From: Halocafeteria seosinensis
Taxonomy: Eukaryota
Length of the DNA: 53,869 nucleotides
Assembly (NCBI GenBank): GCA_001687465.1
Contig: LVLI01000276.1
Coordinates: 1 to 53,869, forward strand
Direction of reading: 5' to 3'
Shown: piece by piece, positions 40,647 through 49,703 of the stretch
Layout of the letters: every line of letters begins with the position of its first letter
Position numbering within the stretch: position 1 is the first letter of the stretch
The notes under the pieces: model-generated
What the model saw: only the letters and a program-made list of their open reading frames with translations
Told to the model about the DNA's origin: nothing
Databases searched by the model: none
Program-made: the position numbers and the translations under genes

Positions 40647-42567
40647 CCCTAGGATGCAGAAATAAGGGCCGATTCTCTCGTAACTTGAAGTTGCAAGTTT
40701 TCGGATGTCAATTTAAAGGGCCGATTCTACAAAACGGTCATATTTGGATGCTTCGAAGGTGTTTCATGGAGTGTAAACCATCAAAATATAAAGAATAGTA
40801 TATGTGTATTGTATTACATTTGTCTTACATGGATTATATTTTCATAGGAGTGGAGAAAATGGATGGGACAGTCCCGAGGCTCAACTGCGCGCCAAAAATT
40901 GGTCGTAGAAAGCATCAAACTCATTGCCGAGGTCCTCCTGGAGCGATGGCACATACTCCCAGGAGTTTTCAGTGTCTGGATAACCTTTCCACTTGACAAG
41001 AATGCGCTGTTCTTCTTTGTCTTCCTGCAAGAACCTCTCCACGACAAACATGCCTGGTGGTAAGTCGATGTCGACACACGGATCCGAATCCGACTGCTCC
41101 TCTTGGTCAATGGCCTCTTGTAGCTGCTTTACAAGAAAGGATTTTCGGAGCCCTAGTACCGGTAAACCCCTTACTTTGCACATCAGCCCTAACTCAGAAC
41201 GGGTCATACCAGCAAGAGGATCTCCCAGCATGAACTGCTTGAACCGCTTGACCTCAAAGAAGTCGGGCCAATGCTTTGATTCTTCAATGGCCTGCGCAAT
41301 GCTCCGATGCTCCGCGCTGTTGGTACGTATTATATCCCCAGTCTCTGTGTAAAATCCATGTTTCAAATGTGGGAAGCAATTTGCTGCAGACTGTTCGAAC
41401 CCGGAAATGATGGTACGCGACGAAATTTCGCTAAACGCGGATGGAATTGCTTTGTTCAGCAAATTTTCCAGAAGGCAATTGCGCCCCATCCGCTCGCTGA
41501 GATACAGCTCTCTTGCAGACCCCCCGAAACCAGCCTCATCTGCGTCGTCTGAGATTGCCCGCAGGAAATCGGAGCTGGAGGCTCTTAACTTGGCCGCTAC
41601 AACACCGAACAAACTCAAATCGCAAGGCTGCAGTTTACAGGTCATACGGGCCGGAATGTAGCTCAAGTCAATCAATGGATACTTTTCTTGCATCTTTTCG
41701 CGGAGTGACTTTTTGGTGTGCACAGGTGCACAATCAAGCGCTAAGATCGCCTTTTGGCAATGAGGGAACAATGGCAGGAGTCTGACCACATGCTCATGCA
41801 ATTTGGCCACGATTTCCTCGAGACACTCTTCAGACATCCAGTGGTTGGTATTACTCTCATTTGTATGCATGAGGTACTCGTGGTTCGCTGAAATAGCCAT
41901 GCCATGCGGCCCTATTGGGTCGAAACGAAGATAGTTTGTTTTGGTGGGAACAACAACATGGGTCAACAGCAGTTCTCCACACGCATTCACCACGGGAGTC
42001 ATGGTGGTCTGTCTTTTCTCGCTTGACGCAAGAAAGGAAGCAGGTTCAGTTCCCGCATAAATCGTCGTCTTCTACTTGCACCCGCTGCGGAGTAGAATTC
42101 TACATTCTTTCGTCCCTGGTACAAGTAGGTAAGAAGCGGCAATCTACACTCCAGGGTTATTATGGTTACTAAGGATGAATGTGATTGGTTCTCGTGCGTC
42201 AGAGCTGCCTACGACTCCTGGAAGGCGTGTGAGATGTGTGACTAAAGCTCGGCAGTCGAACTTCACAGTGTACATTTTTCTGCAACGAGTTCGCGAACGT
42301 TCTGGACGTTCGCAACTTCAACCATCCCAAGGGGGAGGCAAAGGGGACACACAAAATGACCCCTGGCCACTTTTTCAGCCCTCTTGAGACCCAGAAATCG
42401 GGCAATATCTTTGTAACCAGAAATGCTTTGAAAGCAAAAATTTGACAGAGTACATAAAATATGATTGCCTTCCTCATGGTATTGCTCTCTATCCAATTGA
42501 AGACCTGAATAAAGGCGGCAATAATAAGGGCACATTTAGAATCGGCCCTTATTTCTGCATCCTAGGG
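40647..42567 (-). mobile_element. pogo/Tigger-type (IS630-Tc1-mariner superfamily) DNA transposon, internally deleted
   Basis: Perfect 30-bp TIRs (CCCTAGGATGCAGAAATAAGGGCCGATTCT) at 40647-40676 and 42538-42567, TA at both ends, a subterminal repeat aagggccgattct near 40716-40728, and a DDE_1-type ORF inside. Confidence 0.9.
40881..42002 (-). CDS. DDE_1-type transposase remnant with C-terminal SAP domain and chromodomain
   Basis: ILALDCAPVH-...-YIPARMTCKLQPCDLSLFG. SAP-like LAGMTRSELGLMCKVRGLPVLGLRKSFLVKQL. Chromodomain FVVERFL...ILVKWKGYPDTENSWE. Confidence 0.85.
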   Translation of the reverse strand: MTPVVNACGELLLTHVVVPTKTNYLRFDPIGPHGMAISANHEYLMHTNESNTNHWMSEECLEEIVAKLHEHVVRLLPLFPHCQKAILALDCAPVHTKKSLREKMQEKYPLIDLSYIPARMTCKLQPCDLSLFGVVAAKLRASSSDFLRAISDDADEAGFGGSARELYLSERMGRNCLLENLLNKAIPSAFSEISSRTIISGFEQSAANCFPHLKHGFYTETGDIIRTNSAEHRSIAQAIEESKHWPDFFEVKRFKQFMLGDPLAGMTRSELGLMCKVRGLPVLGLRKSFLVKQLQEAIDQEEQSDSDPCVDIDLPPGMFVVERFLQEDKEEQRILVKWKGYPDTENSWEYVPSLQEDLGNEFDAFYDQFLARS

Positions 42568-42746
42568 TATGTTTGCATTGTTTTGATTTGACATATGAGC
42601 CTTTTCTTCTTGAGAAGGACACTTTGCCAAAACGTGCAGAACTCAATTACGTGTTTAGTGAAGAGGGTTCTCGAGCAAGAAAAAGAAAAAGATTTCCATA
42701 ATCTGGGATCTTCGAGAGTACCGGTAGTCTCATTCCTATTTGAAAC

Positions 42747-44809
42747 ACGGGGGTTCCACGATTCTATGGTTAGCTCCAAGGAAACGGAGAAAGAAGAGGA
42801 CAAATTCCCGCTGATAAGTGGCATCACGAACCTCACAAAGAAGGGTGTGATAACCTGTTCATCGATTTGGCTCAGTAAGAGGATGTTCTTTTGGTGATTA
42901 TAGTGCAATACACAGTAGTTCATGGATACGCCATCTCCAGGTTAATTCCCTCATCCTTTCCGAGAGTTATTGAGGACCCGAATGTGAGCGATGAAGCTTT
43001 GGTTAATAGAGTCATAAGATCGCGCACGGAGGGCCGACTAGGTCGCTCCCGGCTATCTGTCACATATGTGTGTGTGTACTAGGTCTGCCTAAGATCTTGG
43101 AACATCTGCAACCGAAAAAAATTGTTTATTTTACATCGCATGTAGGATGGAGTTCCTCCTTTCGCAAAGATCAATGACCAGAGATGCTCTGGGAGTGGAC
43201 ACTTGTTGGGGCAATACCTGTATTATGCGTACGATCAGATAAAAGATAAAGCGACATACCAACAAGACGCTGCTCCGATATCGCATTACACCAGTACATG
43301 ATACACTCATCAACCACAAGACATTGCAGCACTACATGTACTTGGTCCTAAAATTTGGAGATTTCATGGTGTTGTTTTGTCAGCGTTTTTGAGACTGGAT
43401 CAACCAAAGCCTGCGAAACAGTCAAGGTAGATAGTAGTAGTGTGTATTATTTATGGCCGACCGGCAGATGGCAGCATTTGGGTGTGACCGTTTCGGACGA
43501 CACTGTTCCGGGAGAAGTAAGTTGTGCCCATCCTAAAACAAGAGTTCCATACCAGTGGGATGTACAATGACCCTTTGCGAAGGGAGGGCAAAGATCATGG
43601 AGTTCATTCGTGCGCAGCCCGCAGCCAACCCAACGTCATACCATTTTGAGTGGAGATTTAGATTTACTGATGATGGGTAAGTAACGAAGTGTCACCTTGT
43701 TCAGTATACCCAGGGAGAAATTTTTTGTATATCTGATAGAAATTTTTTGTATATCTGATGAATCCTACAGCTTTGCTTCAACCGTTGCGAGATAACCCTC
43801 ATGTGCAACTTGCTGCTGTCCGGCCAGACGTTCGAAATGTGACAGTTCTTGAGAGAATCGCGATCGTGGATTTCTCGGAAGCTATGTATCTCTGGCCAGT
43901 GGGCGGGATGCAAGCCCCAGAGAGAACCATCGTATTTGATGATTTTGTCTTAATTGTGCGTCACTGTCTTTGTCATCCATTGTCTATAGATTGCGAGTTG
44001 ACGGTATCGACTTGTATGTTCGCAGTTCTTCACTATGGGTACTGACTTTTTGCCTTCTCTTTTTGGATTTTTCATTCAAACAGCGCCTTTATTACGACGA
44101 GTGCCTAGACCATTTCGAAGAGATCCGGGTAGCCCAAAGACGTTATCGGTACGAGCACAATGACGGTGGGCTCCATAACTGGCACCGGCTGCAGACATTC
44201 CACAGATTGCTATATGGAGAAGCTTTAGGCGGTCTAAGTCAGAGACTGCCTGATGGTATTATGGATAACTACCGTACCACGTTGTTGTGGATTTTCCAGT
44301 ATAACTCTGAAGGAAGGTTCGACAATACGTGAACGTACCAATACCATTATTCGCCATTGGTCGAGGATTTAGCAAGACCCATCATAGGACAGTTGCCTGG
44401 GGTTCAACCACCTCAGCAAGATGCATTGGGAGTTCCACTTCATCCTACCCTTCACTTAGCAATTTGTCTTCCGGAGGAATCAGATTACTTACAGACTGAA
44501 AACTTCCGGATTGGTGGGAAATATGCTGACTTACTTCTCGGTTTCCGGATAGGGAGGACTGCTGCGCTCCCACGGTTGGAGTGTTACAACAATACCATGC
44601 ACATGCACGGAATGAGCGTGAAGAATACAGTAGCGATGGCTTCAGGGCTTCAGCCGGCAAATATACAGGAACTCTGTGCGGCTCAAGAGACGATCGAATT
44701 TACCGATGTAAAGCTTGCACGGCATCATGCCGGAGTGACTGAACTCTTTAGCCGTAGCACGGACGGCGATGTTCCCGATCCGTGCTACGGCGATGTTCCC
44801 GAGTCTTAA
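42747..44809 (+). pseudogene. XRN-like 5'-3' exoribonuclease copy A (pseudogene)
   Basis: Start mutated to ACG (then GVPRFYG), TAG at 42771, small insertions and frameshifts. Collinear with copy B, including intron positions (DNLFIDLAQ|, DGVPPFAKINDQR, VPGE|, YRTTLLWIFQY). Confidence 0.85.
43037..43085 (+). mobile_element. 33-bp 5'-truncated family A insertion flanked by an 8-bp direct repeat
   Basis: actaggtc[gctcccggctatctgtcacatatgtgtgtgtgt]actaggtc. Removing the insert and one repeat restores the XRN frame. Confidence 0.75.
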
Positions 44810-45560
44810 TATCGTCATCGAATCCCTTAAGTTGATTGACGGTGTCCTGCGTGGAATCATTCGTGTAAGTCGCGTTTGAACGCTGAAGCAGGCGTTGCGC
44901 AAACCCTACGGCCCGTAGGACGTGTCAGCTAGAGATCAATAACCACACCATATACGAATCCTCTGCACCAGCAGGGTGGGCGATGACGTTTTCACATGCT
45001 GTACCAAACTCTACGGTGGTTAAGTGGAACATGTCATAGTTCGTACAAACTGTGCTTGTGCTACCAGCTGAAGTCGTTGGTAGGTTTTGATTTGTACGGC
45101 CCTTCGGACGCCATGCTTAAGGTAGCTTCAAGGGTTCGGTTTCTTCTAATGTTTCTCAATACGTGCCTTTCTCTGTCTTTGTACAGAAAGCATGAGCTAC
45201 GTTTAGTTTGCTTGAAGACAATGATAAGCGTTCGAGCTTGACCAAAATTAGTCACTGCGAACTTGAAATGTTGAGGTGCTACTTGTACTGCAGTATCTTT
45301 GTGGATTCCGCATGCTGTCCAAACTACCTTGGTGACAATCCCCTGGAGGGGAAGCGCCAATCACTCATGATTGCCTGCTGTCTTGACAGTGTATTTGCTG
45401 GCGAGTCCTTCGGCTACAGAAAGAAGTGAAAAGCTTGCGGTACATTGACTAAACCTTGTGTTTGGTGCATCGGCTACCTGTTAAAGTCCTGAGCGAAAGA
45501 AAGAAAATTATTTTGCCACTGGTACTGAGTTCTTCGCAGCAAAATCGTCTATCGAAAAAC

Positions 45561-47625
45561 ATGGGAGTTCCAGGATTCTATAGTTGGCTCCGGGGTACCA
45601 ACAGAAGAGAAGGCGTGGTCCCTTCCGGATGGCACGCAGGACCTGATGATGAAGGCTGCGAAAATCTGTTGGTCGATTTGAACCAGTAAGAGACAGAGAA
45701 TGTTTTTTCATACGATACACAGAAATTCGTGAGTCCTCCATATGCAGGTTGATACACATGTGCGTTCCGACAAATATTGATGTGAATGATGGTGATGATG
45801 CTTTAGTAGACCTGGTCATGGAATCGCTCACCGCCGATGGCTCCGGGCTATGCAGTGTACCAACTATCTTGCATCATCTGAAACCTACAAAGCTTGTTTT
45901 TTTCGCAATAGATGGGGTCCCTCCTTTAGCAAAGATCAATGACGAGAGACGCTCTCGGAGCGGAAACTTCTTGGGGCAATATAATGGGGAAGGCCATATA
46001 CAAGATCAAGGGAGATACAATGAGAAGTTGCTCCGACATCGCATTACCCCAGGAACCAGTACGTAAAGCACTCATCAGGCGCAAAAGATTTTACCGGTAG
46101 TATTATATTCGTCTAACCGTCTTAAATGTCAGATTTCATGGTGTTGTTTTGTCAGCGTTTTCGCCAGTGGATCATCCAAAAGCTGCAAAACGGTCCAGGT
46201 AGATGGCAGCATTTAAGTGTGATTATTTCGGACCACACGGTTCCAGGAGAAGTAAGTCATGCCCAAGATAAAATTAGTGTCAGTTACCAGAGCGATTCAC
46301 AATGCACAGGGAGAGCATAAGATTATGGAGTTCATTCGTGCGCAACAGCAACAGCAATCAGCACAACATAATACAATTTTAAGTGGAGATTCGGATTTTC
46401 TGATGATGGGTAAGCGGAGAGATGTCAACATGTTCGGTACACCGAGGGATGAACCCGTATACCTGATGGATTCTACAGCTTTGCTTAAGCCCTTGCGAGA
46501 TAACCCTAATGCGAAGCTCGCTGCTGTCCGGCAAGCCAATCAAGGGGCTCCGTTCCTTGAGAGAGTCAGGGTCTTGAATTTGTGTGATGGCATCTACCGA
46601 TGGGTATTACACGGAATCCAAGGTGGGCATGCTCCAGAAAGGGGCATCCTCTTAGACGATTTTGTTCTAATCGTGAGTCGCTTCTCTTTGTACAATGTAC
46701 TGTATTCTTCTTAATCGTGAATTTGCGTTTGTACTCACAGCTTTTCACCGTAGGGAATGATTTTCTGCCTCCTCTGTTTGGGTTTTCAATCCAAAGCGAT
46801 AATGCCCCCGAAGAGCGGCTGGAACCATTGGACGAGATCCGGCGTGCCTACAGAGGATATGTACGCAAGTACAGTGACGGTGGGCTGCAGAACTTGCAAA
46901 AATTGAAGGAGTTCCACAACTTCCTTTATGGAGAAGCTGAAGGCGGTCTGAAGCAGAGAATGCCTAATTGGTATCCGTCCGATGAATCTCAACACAGGTC
47001 TGAGATGTACTACAATGGTCATTTTCCGGAATTCCATAATGCCTACCAGGCATGCAAAGATGTCATGGGTAATTATCGTGCCACGCTGTTTTGGATTTTT
47101 CAGTATTATGCTGGGAAGTTCGACAATAGGTGGACGTACAAATATCATTACACGCCGATGATAGAGGATCTAGCAAGACCTCTCGTAGGACAGCAGTTCG
47201 AGGTTCAGCCCATTCCGAGAGTTCAGCAAGATGCATTGGGAGTTCCACTGTATCCTACCATCCACCTTGCGATTTCTCTTCCGAACGAATTGGATCACTT
47301 ACAGCCTGAAAACTTCCGGATTGCCGGAAGGTATGACTCCTTCCTTGCTCGTTACCGCATCGGTTTTGCTAGTGATCTTCCACAGTTGGAGGCGTACGCC
47401 AACATGCGACCACTTCGCAATTTTCAAATGCAGATGGAAAATACAATAGCGAGAGTCTCTTTGCTTCAGTTGGACGATATACAACAACTCATCGACACTC
47501 AAGACCAGATCGAATTTGGTGAGGAAGAGCAAGCACGGCATCATTCCGGAGTGGTTGAGCTTTTCAGCGGCAGCACGGGGCGGTATCTTGACGAACATAT
47601 GCGAAATTTGCTGTCGTCATCCTAA
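45561..47625 (+). CDS. Compact divergent XRN-family 5'-3' exoribonuclease, copy B (intact, 577 aa, 6 exons)
   Basis: MGVPGFYSWL, NLLVDLNQLIH, FAIDGVPP, ITPGTNFM, VPGEGEHKIM, GDSD, DDF..VGNDFLP and WTYKYHYTP. Exons 45561-45685, 45748-46058, 46133-46251, 46310-46409, 46479-46672 and 46741-47625 sum to 1734 nt. Confidence 0.9.
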
Positions 47626-47872
47626 ACCGTCAGTTGAGACACAATGTGCTGTGTGCGACCATTCAGGTGCCATAGTTACAGTGCAGCTGAATGGTACAGT
47701 TATCACCATATGTACGGTTCGCCTGCAGCAGGCATTCAGCTGATCATTGAAGTTAGAATATTCTACAAACTGTACATGTTTACTTATTGATATGAGCAAC
47801 AGACATTTCGTAACTTGGCCGCGGGTGTGATGACTCATGGCAGCGTACACGCTTTCGCCTACCCCGGTCCGG

Positions 47873-47906
47873 TAGTATTGCCCTACCGGAAGACGTGTAG
47901 GCTACA
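47873..47906 (-). repeat. Dispersed repeat family B, copy 3
   Basis: Reverse complement tgtagcctacacgtcttccggtagggcaatacta is nearly identical to 9502-9536. Confidence 0.7.
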
Positions 47907-48837
47907 TAGGGGAGTTGTACAAGCGACTTGTCAAGAGTATCGTATTCTCAATGCATTCTTTCTACAAGTTGCCGCTCGTTCTTCGAAGTCCGAATTTCGG
48001 ACCGGACTCCACGGCACTCTAAAATACCCACACTGAGACACACATACCAACGGGAGCAACATGAATGGTCATACTCCCGTACACGATAATTACAGTTCAG
48101 TCTGATGTTTGGTCAACACAAATACCAACACCTTGTGGCGTGCGGTACCACATGTTACACGTTAAATCACATGTGCAGCATTGGTAATCAGGTGTTCAGT
48201 ACACTCTAAAGGTTACTGTCGCGAGGATTGCATTTCGGTGTGGTTACAACAGCTGTTCCAGGACTTACTGTTTCGCTTTATTGATGGCGTTGAGATGGAT
48301 GGGCCATATGCAGGGTCTTACAAAGAGCAAAGAATGAGGTGGCACAGGTGATGGAACTTGAGGCGCAACGTAACAGACAACACGTGGGGCTTCTAAACCC
48401 ACACTACTACTGTCCTACTGACGAGCTGCGAGTCGCGACAGCTGGAGTGGCAGAGCACACACTGAAGTGGCAGAGCCTCCTTTGCATTAAGGTATCCCCC
48501 TTCGAAGTAGTGTCTCCCCATCAGAATCCTGGTACAATTGGGAGGCTCACCAAGAACTTGGAGAAAGCTCGGTGCAGCCAGAAATTTCCTGTCGATTCCG
48601 CATCTGCGGGATCTTTTTGCGCAACATACCATATGGTACTGTACTATCGACTTAGCTCTGTACATGTTTGCATTGTTTCGACATCGGAGGCTTCTCTTTC
48701 TTGAGAAGGACAATTTGCCAAAGCGTGCAGTGAAGACGAGGGCTCATACGATGAACCATTCAAGCCCCGAGCAAGAAAAAGAAAATTATTTCCGTAAATC
48801 TGGGATCTTTGAGAATAGCCTCATTTATCTTCGAAAT

Positions 48838-48970
48838 ATAGGAATTCCAGGATTCTATGGTTGGCTCCGAGGTAACGAAAAAAAAGGGAGGTGATGGAAT
48901 CGCTCACGGTGGGTTTATTTTGCAATGCATGGAGTCCCTCCTTTAGCCAAGATCAATGAACAGAGAGAGG
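48838..48970 (+). pseudogene. XRN-like copy C, heavily deleted remnant
   Basis: ATA-GIPGFYGWLRG, then MESLT, then FAMHGVPPLAKINEQR fragments. Upstream 48664-48840 matches 42569-42750. Confidence 0.8.
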
Positions 48971-49069
48971 ATAGCGTACACTCTACAGCGCCACCAGTGC
49001 TCAAGGACTCTGGTTTTGTAGAATTATCCGCCGCAAACTGGGACGAATTAGAGACCGTGTATCTTAAAA

Positions 49070-49113
49070 CCCACCGGCTAGAAAGTTGACTGCATCCTCT
49101 TAACGAGGAGCGG
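49070..49113 (-). mobile_element. Family A internal fragment (stem-loop)
   Basis: cccaccggctagaaagttgactgcatcctcttaacgaggagcgg matches 53185-53228 and 53749-53792. Confidence 0.7.
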
Positions 49114-49703
49114 GTGAAGTGTCCGAAATTTGAATGGTACGTATAGTTCGTCTTTAGCAGGCATTCAACAGATCATTGAAGAAAGAATATACCGGTACTA
49201 CAAACTGTACATGCTTCTTTATTGACCATTGGCAATGAACATTTCGTAACTTGGCCATGGGTGCCTTGGCAGGGTACCACGTACGGTATGCTTTTGGGAA
49301 AATATACCACCACTGTGCGCGGGGGTAACACAAATTGCAGTCAATTGTACAATTGTACGCCGTACAAGATAGACATCGGATTCTGAATACACTCTTTTTA
49401 ACCGTCGCAACCTTGCGACCGCGCAAACAACTGCCGTTTTGCTGGAATCAGCTGGATGATCGTTCTTTTATTGCCATTAATGAGACAAAATTGGTTTGTT
49501 CGGGATATGGGAATGAGTGAACCCGTTCCGCATTTGTGCATTGTTTACTGAAGTGATAAATGGCATCCGGAGGCTTCCTGAGGTCTATTTATCCACAGGC
49601 AGTCTGAGCCTGGGTTCCTCAGGTTGTTGTAGACAGGAATCAGCGACGGACAACGGCGATATATAAGCCCTACTCGCCCCTTGGAAAATAGTGGTTGCAA
49701 AGG

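Noticed and set aside
40641..40660. piggyBac assignment because the TIR begins CCCTAG
   Set aside because: There is no TTAA duplication, the flanks are TA, and the transposase motifs are pogo/DDE_1-type.
49070..49113. Helitron 3' end (hairpin followed by CTAG on the minus strand)
   Set aside because: Homology among copies continues past the CTRR, it is not followed by T, and one copy has CCGG instead.
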